Of a stretch of 36,778 bases of DNA, positions 8,467 through 17,126 are shown piece after piece; the stretch's first letter is position 1, and every line of letters begins with the position of its first letter. The position numbers and the translations under genes are program-made. The stretch spans positions 1-36,778 of the forward strand of contig JACRKZ010000128.1 in NCBI GenBank assembly GCA_016235455.1. The letters run 5' to 3'. The notes below the pieces were generated by a model. That model saw nothing but the letters and a program-made list of their open reading frames with translations. It was not told the DNA's origin and did not search any database. Source of the DNA: Armatimonadota bacterium (lineage in GTDB: Bacteria; Armatimonadota; UBA10988).

Positions 8467-8497
8467 CTTAAGGGCATCTTAGGGAACCCAGGGCATA
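8467..8497 (+). promoter_or_regulatory. Putative response-regulator-dependent promoter, copy 2
   Basis: CTTAAGGGCATCTTAGGGAACCCAGGGCATA; CTTAAG-N5-CTTAGG direct repeat; matches 1932-1962. Confidence 0.7.
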
Positions 8498-8535
8498 TGC
8501 CATTTGGGCGCGACGTCGTTGGCGCCCAAAGGAGC

Positions 8536-9846
8536 ATGGAGATGAGAGCGATCACCCTGATGGTCATCGCGACCATGGTTCTCTCCGCGTGTGCCCTGCG
8601 TGCCCAAGGCCCGGGTGGGCCGCCGCCGCCACCGCGCGATGGCGCCCGCCCGCCGCGCGCCGGCGGACCGCCGCCGCGTGATGGCGCGGGCCGGCAGGAC
8701 GAATACTCGCTGGCCCAGGCCATCTCCGACCAGGCGCAGTTGCACACCATCGCCTTCGACGGTCTGGCCTTCCTGACCGGCGAGGTCGGCGCGAACACCT
8801 TCCTGCCGCCGGGCAAGGTGTGCGACTACTTCGGCTTCCAGTACATGCGCGATGTCGAGCCGAAGGGCGGCGGTCACAACACCGACTTCCTGACGCGCAT
8901 CGCGAACAACATGCTGCGCACCTACTCGCCCGCGCAGCTGGCCGAGCTGGTCACGCTGGCCAGCGGGCAGGTTGGCGGCTTCCGCGAGTTCGCCACCCGG
9001 CGGTTCGCGCTGATTGGCGCGTTCGACCGCCAGCGGCGCGGCGCTGTGCCCGCGGGTAGTGCCGGCCTCAACCGCGAGGCGGTGATGCGCTATTCGGCCG
9101 ACCTGTGGGCGCTCGACGGTCAGTTGGCGTACGACCGCGCCCGCGTCATGGGCCACATCGTCAGCAGCTTCACGCCCGAGCAGAAGGCCTACCTGGCCAA
9201 GCTCAAGTTCGGCGACTCCGGCACCTGGCCCGACGTGCCCGAGACGTTCGACAAGCGTAGCGTGCCGCACGACGTGCACGTGGCCGTGATGACCTATGCC
9301 AGCGAGATGTTCAGTTGGTATGCGGGCAGCGTCGAGGCGGATGTCTACTTCTGCCCTGAGCGCCACGCCACCTACTTCGGCTCCTTCTACATGAAGGACC
9401 GGCCGGTGATGGGCAAGCGCAACGCCTCCATCAGCACGTCGGTGACCGGTGACAGTGGCGCGGAGTTCCTGACCGCCCTGGCCCCCGCACAGCGCCAGAA
9501 CGTCACCAGCCTGGTCGACCTGCAGCGTGGCGACCTGGCCGAGGTGGTCAAGGTGCGGCGCGAGATCTCCATCGAGCTGCGCCGCTTCCTGGCGGGGCAG
9601 ACCGCTGACCACGCCAAGGTCATCGCACTGTCGCGGCGCTACGGCGAACTCGACGGGGCCATGTCCTACAACCTGGCGGTGGCCTTCGCCAAGGTGGGCC
9701 AGACGCTAACTGCCGAACAGGCAGCCAAACTCAAGCGTCTGCGCAACCTGGACGATTATCCGTGCACGGGAGCGTACATCTACTCCGAGCCGATCCCGCT
9801 GCCCGACTTTGGCAGCTCGGACTTCCTGTTCACCGCCGCCAAGTGA
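8536..9846 (+). CDS. Exported hypothetical protein with two tandem Spy/CpxP/ZraP-like (LTxxQ) helical modules
   Basis: Start 8536 or 8542 after AAAGGAG; signal peptide (possible lipobox LSAC); YSPAQ...FTPEQ and LAPAQ...LTAEQ pairs; duplicated YFGxxYMxD. Confidence 0.6.
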   Translation: MEMRAITLMVIATMVLSACALRAQGPGGPPPPPRDGARPPRAGGPPPRDGAGRQDEYSLAQAISDQAQLHTIAFDGLAFLTGEVGANTFLPPGKVCDYFGFQYMRDVEPKGGGHNTDFLTRIANNMLRTYSPAQLAELVTLASGQVGGFREFATRRFALIGAFDRQRRGAVPAGSAGLNREAVMRYSADLWALDGQLAYDRARVMGHIVSSFTPEQKAYLAKLKFGDSGTWPDVPETFDKRSVPHDVHVAVMTYASEMFSWYAGSVEADVYFCPERHATYFGSFYMKDRPVMGKRNASISTSVTGDSGAEFLTALAPAQRQNVTSLVDLQRGDLAEVVKVRREISIELRRFLAGQTADHAKVIALSRRYGELDGAMSYNLAVAFAKVGQTLTAEQAAKLKRLRNLDDYPCTGAYIYSEPIPLPDFGSSDFLFTAAK

Positions 9847-9856
9847 GGAGCCACCG

Positions 9857-11338
9857 ATGGCCGAGCATCTCTCGCGCCGTGACTTCCTGACCCTGACCGC
9901 TGCCGCCGGGCTGCTCGCAGCCCGGCGGGGCGGCTGTCAGCCTGGCACAGGCCGCCCCAACTTCGTGATCATCCAGGGCGAGGGCCAAGGCTGGAGCAGC
10001 CTCGGCCTGTCGATGGATCCTCGCCTGCCCAACGCCCACAGCACGCTCTCGCGAACGCCCAACCTGGCGGCTCTGGCCGCGGCGGGTATGTGCTTCGCCC
10101 AGGCCTACGTGGCCTCGCCGCGCTGCACGCCATCGCGCACCGCGCTGGTCACGGGGATCAACCCCGCGCGCCTGCACATGACCTTCGTCAACGAAGGCGG
10201 CGAGGGCAAGCGACGAGCCGGCGGCGACAACACCCGACTGCTCCCGCCCAGCCCGCTCATGGAGCTGCCCGCAGGCACCCAGACCGTGGCCCACCGCCTC
10301 CATGCCGCCGGCTATGCCTCGGCGCACTTCGGCAAGTGGCACGTCGGCCGCAGCGACCCCAAACTGCACGGTTTCGACGAGAGCGACGGTGCCAACGCCA
10401 ATGGCGGGCCGGATAACGTGGCCAACCCCAACCCCGGCCAAGGCCAGCTGCTGACCGAACGCGGCCTGGACTTCATGGCCCGCAGCGCCGCGGCCCGTCG
10501 GCCGTTCTACCTCCAACTCGACCACTACGGCGGCAAGGACCCGGCCGACGTGCGCCCGCAGACCTGGGCCGATGTCGCCGGGCGGTCCGACGGCCGGTTC
10601 AAGGACAAGGACCTGGGCAACGCCGCGGTCATGGAGGATGTCGACACGATGATCGGCCTGGTGCTGGCCAAGGTGGAGGCGCTCGGCCTGGCCGGCAACA
10701 CGTACGTCGTCTACCTCGCCGACCACGGCACGCCGGGGCCGAACCAGCCGCTGTCGGGCGGCAAGGGCACGCTGTGGGACGGTGGCCTGCGCGTGCCGCT
10801 GATCGTGCGTGGGCCGGGCATCGCCGCCGGTTCACGCTGTGCGGCGCGTGTGACCAACTGCGACTTGATGCCCACGGTGCTGGAGCTGGCCGGTGTCACC
10901 GAGCCGTTGCCGGCGACCGTGGACGGCGGCAGCCTGGCGGGCTTGCTGCGCGCCGGTGGCCTGGGCGTGGTGAAGCGCCCGCGCGAGGAACTGGTCTTCC
11001 ACTACCCGCACTACGACATGGACGCCAACGGCCCCGGTTCGTCGATCATCGTCGGCGACGACAAGCTGACGCGCTACGACGAGGGGCCCAGTCTGCATCT
11101 CTACAACCTGGCCGCCGACCCCAGCGAACAGCGCGACCTGGCTGCGGCCTCGCCCGCCAAGGTGACCGCGCTGCAGGAACGGCTCGATGCCTGGCTCAAC
11201 GCGGCCGGCGCCCAACGGGTCAGCCGCAACCCCAACTACGACCCCAACGCCGCCCCGACGGCGCCCGCCGCGGGTGGTGGCGGCCGTGGTGGCGGTCGAC
11301 GAGGCGGCCAAGGCGGCGGCCAGGGCGGTGCCCAATGA
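9857..11338 (+). CDS. Tat-exported Cys-type sulfatase
   Basis: RBS GAGGAG; LSRRDFL; RPNFVII; CTPSRTALVTG (CxPxR); GKWHVG; ADHG; GKGTLWDGGLRVP; LYNLAADPSE. Confidence 0.93.
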   Translation: MAEHLSRRDFLTLTAAAGLLAARRGGCQPGTGRPNFVIIQGEGQGWSSLGLSMDPRLPNAHSTLSRTPNLAALAAAGMCFAQAYVASPRCTPSRTALVTGINPARLHMTFVNEGGEGKRRAGGDNTRLLPPSPLMELPAGTQTVAHRLHAAGYASAHFGKWHVGRSDPKLHGFDESDGANANGGPDNVANPNPGQGQLLTERGLDFMARSAAARRPFYLQLDHYGGKDPADVRPQTWADVAGRSDGRFKDKDLGNAAVMEDVDTMIGLVLAKVEALGLAGNTYVVYLADHGTPGPNQPLSGGKGTLWDGGLRVPLIVRGPGIAAGSRCAARVTNCDLMPTVLELAGVTEPLPATVDGGSLAGLLRAGGLGVVKRPREELVFHYPHYDMDANGPGSSIIVGDDKLTRYDEGPSLHLYNLAADPSEQRDLAAASPAKVTALQERLDAWLNAAGAQRVSRNPNYDPNAAPTAPAAGGGGRGGGRRGGQGGGQGGAQ

Positions 11339-12819
11339 ACACCTCACGACGGCAGGTCGGGTTGGTGCTCGTGATCGTGGTCAGCCTGGCGCTGGCCGCG
11401 CTGGGCCAGGGCCGCGGCCCGGGCCGTGGTCCCGGCGGCCCGCGGCAAGGCGGCGGCCAGGGCGGACCGCAGGGCCCACAGGGCGGCGTGTCATTCCACA
11501 CCGACGTCCCCGCGCACGACCTCGACGTCATCGTCTGCCGGCCGGGTGCGGACCGCGTCAGCCTGAGCATCGTGGCCTACGGCGACCGCCGCGCCTACGT
11601 CGCCTGGGGTCCGGCCCAGGGCCGGCTCGAGCAGCGCTGCGACCTGCGCCCGTTCGCCGCCGGCGTGCCGCAGACAGTCGAGCTAACAGGCTTGAAATCG
11701 GATTCTCAGTACGACTGGGAGCTACGTGAGGAGCAGGGCAAAGTGCTGGCACGCGGCGCCTGCCATACCCAGCGCCGGCCGGGCAGCGAGTTCACCTTCA
11801 CCATCACCGCCGATTCGCATCTGGACGAGCAGACAGACCTGGCGCTCTATCAGCGTGCGCTGGCCAACGCCGCGGCGGATCGGCCGGACCTGAACGTCGA
11901 CCTGGGCGACACCTTCATGACCGAGAAGTACCCGGGCGACTGGCACGCCGCGCGCGCGCAGTACACCGCGCAACGCTACTACTTCGGCCAGCTCTGCTCG
12001 TCGGTGCCGCTGTTCCTCACCCTGGGCAACCATGACGGCGAGCTGGGCTACCTGGCCGACGGCACACCCGGCAGCATGGCTGCCTGGTCGCTCGACCTGC
12101 GGCGGCGCTTCTTCCCCAATCCCGAGCCCGGCGGCATCTACACCGGCAACGCCGTGCCGGAGCCGGGCCTCGGTCTGTTGCAGGACTACTACGCCTGGGA
12201 ATGGGGCGATGCCCAGTTCATCGTGCTCGATCCTTTCTGGCCGGTGCGCGGCAAGCCCAACCGCCAGGATGGCGGCTGGTCGCGCACGCTGGGTGAGCCG
12301 CAGTACCGTTGGCTGGTCAAGACGCTGGCTGGCAGCCAGGCCAGGCACCGCTTCGTGTTCATCCACCATCTGGTGGGCGGGCTCGACAACAACTGCCGTG
12401 GTGGCGCCGAGGCCGCGCGGTTGCTCGAGTGGGGCGGCCTCAACCCCGACGGCACGCCTGGCTTCGCGCAGCATCGGCCCGGATGGGAACTGCCCATCCA
12501 CGACCTGCTCCGCCGCTACGGCGTCGAGGCTGTCTTCCATGGCCACGACCACTTCTATGCCAAGCAGGAACTGGATGGCATCGTCTATCAGATGGTGCCG
12601 CAGCCGGGCCATCCCGGCCGGCGCACCGAGGGCCAGGCGGCCAACTACGGCTACAAGTCAGGCACCATCCTCGGCGGCTCCGGGCATTTGCGCGTGACGG
12701 TGACGCCGGGCGCGGCGCGCGTGGCGTTCGTCCGCGCGGTCGGCGCTGGCGAGGAGCGCGACGGCTGGCGCAATGGCGATGTGGGCGACAGCTACACGCT
12801 GGGGCCGCAAGCGAAGTGA
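11335..12819 (+). CDS. Exported calcineurin-like metallophosphoesterase with FN3/purple-acid-phosphatase-like N-domain
   Basis: ATGA overlap with the sulfatase stop; signal peptide with SRR; motifs ADSH, LGDTF, LGNHD, FIHH, HGHDH. Confidence 0.92.
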   Translation: MNTSRRQVGLVLVIVVSLALAALGQGRGPGRGPGGPRQGGGQGGPQGPQGGVSFHTDVPAHDLDVIVCRPGADRVSLSIVAYGDRRAYVAWGPAQGRLEQRCDLRPFAAGVPQTVELTGLKSDSQYDWELREEQGKVLARGACHTQRRPGSEFTFTITADSHLDEQTDLALYQRALANAAADRPDLNVDLGDTFMTEKYPGDWHAARAQYTAQRYYFGQLCSSVPLFLTLGNHDGELGYLADGTPGSMAAWSLDLRRRFFPNPEPGGIYTGNAVPEPGLGLLQDYYAWEWGDAQFIVLDPFWPVRGKPNRQDGGWSRTLGEPQYRWLVKTLAGSQARHRFVFIHHLVGGLDNNCRGGAEAARLLEWGGLNPDGTPGFAQHRPGWELPIHDLLRRYGVEAVFHGHDHFYAKQELDGIVYQMVPQPGHPGRRTEGQAANYGYKSGTILGGSGHLRVTVTPGAARVAFVRAVGAGEERDGWRNGDVGDSYTLGPQAK

Positions 12820-12830
12820 GCAGCGGGTCG

Positions 12831-12839
12831 TGGTATAGT
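12831..12839 (+). promoter_or_regulatory. Possible extended -10 promoter (TGnTATAGT)
   Basis: TGGTATAGT just after the phosphoesterase stop and 27 nt before ATG 12867; no clear -35. Confidence 0.4.
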
Positions 12840-12866
12840 CTGGCCAGCCTTCCGTCGGTGAGGACG

Positions 12867-14630
12867 ATGCTCGACCCGTTGGTGTTATGGCTATTCGCGT
12901 GGTGCGCCCTGGCGGTGCAGCCACGCCTGGTCTATCTGGCCAACGGACCCATCTTCCAGGTTGGCGCCGCCTTCGCCCAACGGCAGCTGGCCTGGTGCGG
13001 CGGACCTGCCCAGTATGCCGGTGCGTTCCTGGCCCAACTGGACCACTGGGATCTGGCCGGTGCGCTGATCCGCTGTCTCCAGGCGCTGCTCATCGGCTGG
13101 CTGGCCCAGCGCGCCGTGGCCGCCGTCACCGGCCGCGAGACGCGCGTGGTGCGCTGGTTGGCCATGCTGCCGTATCTCCTGCTCTCTGGCCGGTTCGACG
13201 CGAACCCCGCCATCGGGCTGATGGCCGTCGGACTGCTGGCCGCGGCCTGGCTGCGCGCCGCGCTGCCACGTTCGCGCCCGCTGGTGCATGCGGCGCTGTG
13301 CCTGGCGCTGGCCTACACCGTCGGTGGCGCCGACGGCCGCGCGGGGCTGTGGGTCACCTTGGCCAGCTTCGGCCTGCTGGCCGCCGTCGCCGAGCGCCGC
13401 TGGGCGGCGCTGGCTCAGGTCCTGACCGCGCTGGCCACGGCGGGCGTGGCGGGCCTGTTCCTGGCGCCCGCGGGTGTCGATGCGCCACGGCAACCGGCGC
13501 TGATCACCCAGCTGCTCACCTATGCGCTACTGCTGGCGGCACCAGCCTGCGCGGCGGCCATCAGGCTGTGGCCCGAACGCGCGGCCACGGGTCAGCCGGC
13601 GCCGTCACGCGGGCAGCGTCTGGTGCTGATAGTCGGCGCCGTCGCGGTGGTCCATCTGCTCGCCGGCCTGGTCGCCGCCAGGCAGCCCGCGCGGCTGCAG
13701 GCCGAACGCGACGAGCTGGTGTTGGCAGAACAGTGGGACCAGGTGCTGACCAGGCTGGGCCGCCAGCCGGGCCTCGACGCGCTGGCCATCCATGACATCG
13801 ACACGGCGCTGGCCCATCGCGGTCGGCTGGCCGAGGATCTGTTCCGGTATCCGCAGCTGCCCGAGGCGTTGGTGTTGCCCATGTCGGTGCCCAACACGTT
13901 CTCGGCGCGGCTGAGGCTGGCCGATCAGTACCTGTTGCTCGGGCGCCCCAACCAGGCTGAGTATGCGCTGCAGAACGCGCTGGCGCACACAGGCGACAAT
14001 CCCTATCTGCTGCGCCGGCTGGTGCTCACCTACCTGGTCAAGGGCGACACGGATGCCGCGCGCCTCTATCTGCGCGTGCTGCGCCGCGATATCGTCCACG
14101 GCGGCTGGGCGCGCGAGCAGTTGCGTCGGCTCGCGCGCGATCCATCGGCGTCGTTCGATCCCCGCGTGGCCGAGCTGCGCGCCGGCATGGTCGAGCGTGA
14201 CGACCTGCTGGAGATCACCGACACGGCCAAGGGCGAGGAGACGGTGGCCTACTTCCAGAACGTGTCGCTGTCGAACCTGCTCGATGCCAGGCCCGGACGC
14301 CGGCTGGCACTCGACTACCTCATGTCGCTCTACCTGGTCAACGGTCGGCCCGACGGCGTGGTGCAGGAGATGCACCGGCTGCGCGGCTGCGGCATGACGC
14401 GCATCCCCGCACCGTGGGAGGATGCGCTGCTGATCCAGATGAGCGTGCCCGGCGCGAAGATCGACCTGCACGGTCTGGCCATCAGCGACGAAGGGTATGA
14501 GCGCATGAGGCGCTTTGGTCGCCTGCTCGCCTCTGAGGGCGGCAACCTGCGCACCGTCTGGCCGCGGGTTGCCAGCGCGTTGCCAGGCACCTTCCTGGCC
14601 TACATGACGCGCCTGAAGGTCGGCGGATGA
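12867..14630 (+). CDS. DUF6057-like multi-pass membrane protein with TPR-like C-terminal region
   Basis: Several hydrophobic helices; GGPAQYAGAFLAQ, ALAHRGRLAEDLFRYPQ, ALDYLMSLYL resemble DUF6057; alternative GTG start at 12816. Confidence 0.7.
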   Translation: MLDPLVLWLFAWCALAVQPRLVYLANGPIFQVGAAFAQRQLAWCGGPAQYAGAFLAQLDHWDLAGALIRCLQALLIGWLAQRAVAAVTGRETRVVRWLAMLPYLLLSGRFDANPAIGLMAVGLLAAAWLRAALPRSRPLVHAALCLALAYTVGGADGRAGLWVTLASFGLLAAVAERRWAALAQVLTALATAGVAGLFLAPAGVDAPRQPALITQLLTYALLLAAPACAAAIRLWPERAATGQPAPSRGQRLVLIVGAVAVVHLLAGLVAARQPARLQAERDELVLAEQWDQVLTRLGRQPGLDALAIHDIDTALAHRGRLAEDLFRYPQLPEALVLPMSVPNTFSARLRLADQYLLLGRPNQAEYALQNALAHTGDNPYLLRRLVLTYLVKGDTDAARLYLRVLRRDIVHGGWAREQLRRLARDPSASFDPRVAELRAGMVERDDLLEITDTAKGEETVAYFQNVSLSNLLDARPGRRLALDYLMSLYLVNGRPDGVVQEMHRLRGCGMTRIPAPWEDALLIQMSVPGAKIDLHGLAISDEGYERMRRFGRLLASEGGNLRTVWPRVASALPGTFLAYMTRLKVGG

Positions 14631-16138
14631 ACAAGCGTCTGCGCTGGCTCCTACCGCTTGCCTTGGCCACCTGGCTGCTGAGCGGTCGCGCCACGCTGCC
14701 GCGCGGCGCGACCGACGCCGGCCGCGCGCCGCGCCTGTCGCCCGAGTATCGTGACCTGACCGTGCCGCCCAACATCGCGCCGCTCAACGTGCGCGTGGCG
14801 GAGCCCGGCCGACGCTTCCGCGCGCGGCTGTCGGGCAGCGCGGGTCGGCCGCTGGTGGTACGTGGCCACGGCGCGACGCTGCGCTTCCCCGAGCGCGCCT
14901 GGCACCGGCTGCTGGCCGCCAACGCCGGGCGCGACCTGACGCTGGACGTCTTCGTCCGCGGCGAAAGCGGCTGGACCCGCTTCGCGAGCGTGCGCAACCA
15001 TGTGGCCCAGGCGCCGGTCGACAGTCACCTGGTCTACCGCTGGTTCCGACCCACCTACACCACCAACACTCCGCTGGGTCTGTATCAGCGCGACCTGACC
15101 GGCTTCCGCCAGACGGCCCTAGTGCGCAGCCGCAGCAGCGGGCCACGCTGTGTCAACTGCCACGCCTTCGCCGACGGCCGGCCCGACCAGTTCTCGTTCC
15201 AGGCGCGACTGACCAAGGGCAGCCTGCCCATGGTGCTGGTGGCGGGCGGCCATCCGCGCACGGTCGACACACGCACCCAGCCGGGCCAGAAGCCCGCCGC
15301 GCTGACCACCTGGCATCCCAGCGGTCGCTGGCTGGTGGTGTCGCGCAACTGGATCCGCCAGTACTTCCACCAGGCCGGCTCGCCGGGCCGCGATGCGCTC
15401 GATGCCAAGTCGGCACTGGCGCTGGTCGAGGTCGGCAGCGGCAAGACGGTCGACCCGCCGGAGCTCAACCCCGCGGGCTACATGCCGACCTTCCCCTGCT
15501 GGTCGCCCGACGGCCGCTGGCTCTACTACAGCCGGTTCAAACGGTTCTGGCCCGAAGAGGTCACCATGCCGCTGGCCGAGCAGCCCCGGGTGCGCTACGA
15601 CCTGGTGCGCACCGCTTTCGACCCCGAGCGGGCCGCCTTCGGCCAGACCGAGACGGTGTTGGCCGCCAGGGACGTCGACCGCTCGGTGCTGCAGCCACGC
15701 GTGTCGCCGAACGGGCACTGGCTGGTGGTCACACTGGCGGCCTATGGCGGGTTCCCCGTGTTCTGCCCGCAGGCCGACCTGGCCCTGATCGACCTGACGC
15801 GGCAGCCGGCCCGCGCCGTGCCGCTGGAGCCCACGGCCACCACCTGCCGCGAGACCTGGCACGCCTGGTCGAGCAACAGCGAGTGGCTGGTCTCGGCGCG
15901 CAAGAGCGACAACGGGCTGCTAGCCCGGCCGTATCTGCGCCACATCGCGGCCGACGGCGCGGTGGGCAAGGCGTTCGTGCTGCCCCAGGCCGACCCGAGC
16001 TACTACGACGATCTGCTGTACACCTACAACATCCCCGAGTTCGTCCGCGGTCCGGTGGCCGTGCCCGAACGCACGCTGTCGCGCGCGTTGGGACGTGAGG
16101 ACGCGCCCGACCCGGCCGAGGCAGAGACCGATCTGTAG
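14627..16138 (+). CDS. TolB-like (PD40) beta-propeller protein with CVNCH motif
   Basis: ATGA overlap; PEYRDLTVPPNIAPLN, CVNCH, WHPSGRW, FPCWSPDGRWLYY, PRVSPNG, WSSNSEW, YNIPEF; usual partner of DUF6057. Confidence 0.8.
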   Translation: MNKRLRWLLPLALATWLLSGRATLPRGATDAGRAPRLSPEYRDLTVPPNIAPLNVRVAEPGRRFRARLSGSAGRPLVVRGHGATLRFPERAWHRLLAANAGRDLTLDVFVRGESGWTRFASVRNHVAQAPVDSHLVYRWFRPTYTTNTPLGLYQRDLTGFRQTALVRSRSSGPRCVNCHAFADGRPDQFSFQARLTKGSLPMVLVAGGHPRTVDTRTQPGQKPAALTTWHPSGRWLVVSRNWIRQYFHQAGSPGRDALDAKSALALVEVGSGKTVDPPELNPAGYMPTFPCWSPDGRWLYYSRFKRFWPEEVTMPLAEQPRVRYDLVRTAFDPERAAFGQTETVLAARDVDRSVLQPRVSPNGHWLVVTLAAYGGFPVFCPQADLALIDLTRQPARAVPLEPTATTCRETWHAWSSNSEWLVSARKSDNGLLARPYLRHIAADGAVGKAFVLPQADPSYYDDLLYTYNIPEFVRGPVAVPERTLSRALGREDAPDPAEAETDL

Positions 16139-16142
16139 CGCG

Positions 16143-17120
16143 TCAGGCGCGGAAGTCGGCCAGCGCGGTGAGCAGACCCACCATGGTCAGCAGATCGTGG
16201 CCGTTGTGCGTGACGATGGGCGCCAGCAAGCCCGCGTCGCGCGTGTCCACCCAGCGCTGATAGGTGCTCGGGATCTGTGCGCCGGGCACATCGCCCGGTG
16301 GCCGCGGCCGGCGGCACAGTTCGCGCTCGAGCGTCTGTAGCCGGCAGTCGCCAAAGCGCTGGCCGACGATGCGCCGCGCATGGTCGAGCAGGTCGCAGTG
16401 CGCCGGCTTGGGGAAGGGCGGCGTGCGATGGAAAGCGCGCCGCTGCTCCAGATAGGGCAGGTCGAACGTGCTGCCGTTGAACGTGACCACCCAGCTCGCG
16501 CCGACCAGCAGTTCCGCGGCCAGCGCGAGCACCGCGGGCTCCTCGTTCTGCTGCCGGGCCAGCAGGTAGTCCACCTCGACGTCGCTCTCACCCAGGCGCG
16601 CCAAGCCCACGAGGAACAACGGCAGCCCGCGCAGCCCGCAGGTCTCGATATCGAGGAAGACCACCTCGCCCGGCGGCGCGGCCAGCACCTCGTGCAGCTT
16701 GCGGCGGCCGCGCGGCGCGCCGAGCCAGGCCTGGTGCAGCGCCGGGCTGTCGGCGGCCACCTCGCTGCCTGGCTGGCGGATGCGCCAGCAGGTGCCCTGG
16801 CTTGTGACCACCTGCTCACCCGGCAGCAGTTCCTCTAGCGTGCCCGAGCGCAGCGGTCTGGTCTCGGCGCGGCGTTCCAGCGGCGGCAGGATGGACTCGC
16901 CCGGCGACGGCTGGCTGGTGGCGGGCAGGAACGACTCACCCAGGGCGTCGACCGGCACCGGCGCGCCGCTCGTGCCGACGCCCGCACCGGGCAAGAAGGA
17001 GTCGCCGGCGGCGGGCGGTTCAGGCTTGGGTTGCGCGGCCTGCTCGGGCAGGAAGGAAGCGCCGCTGGAGCCTTTGAGCCGGCGGCGGAGTCGCTTGTGC
17101 AGGTCGCCCAGGTCGCGCAT
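16143..17120 (-). CDS. YprB-like RNase H-fold (RNase_H_2, DEDD) exonuclease
   Basis: FLDIETCGL, VTFNGSTFDLPYL, HCDLL, RLQTLE, DVPGAQIP, HNGHDL. Confidence 0.88.
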   Translation of the reverse strand: MRDLGDLHKRLRRRLKGSSGASFLPEQAAQPKPEPPAAGDSFLPGAGVGTSGAPVPVDALGESFLPATSQPSPGESILPPLERRAETRPLRSGTLEELLPGEQVVTSQGTCWRIRQPGSEVAADSPALHQAWLGAPRGRRKLHEVLAAPPGEVVFLDIETCGLRGLPLFLVGLARLGESDVEVDYLLARQQNEEPAVLALAAELLVGASWVVTFNGSTFDLPYLEQRRAFHRTPPFPKPAHCDLLDHARRIVGQRFGDCRLQTLERELCRRPRPPGDVPGAQIPSTYQRWVDTRDAGLLAPIVTHNGHDLLTMVGLLTALADFRA

Positions 17121-17126
17121 GGCGGG

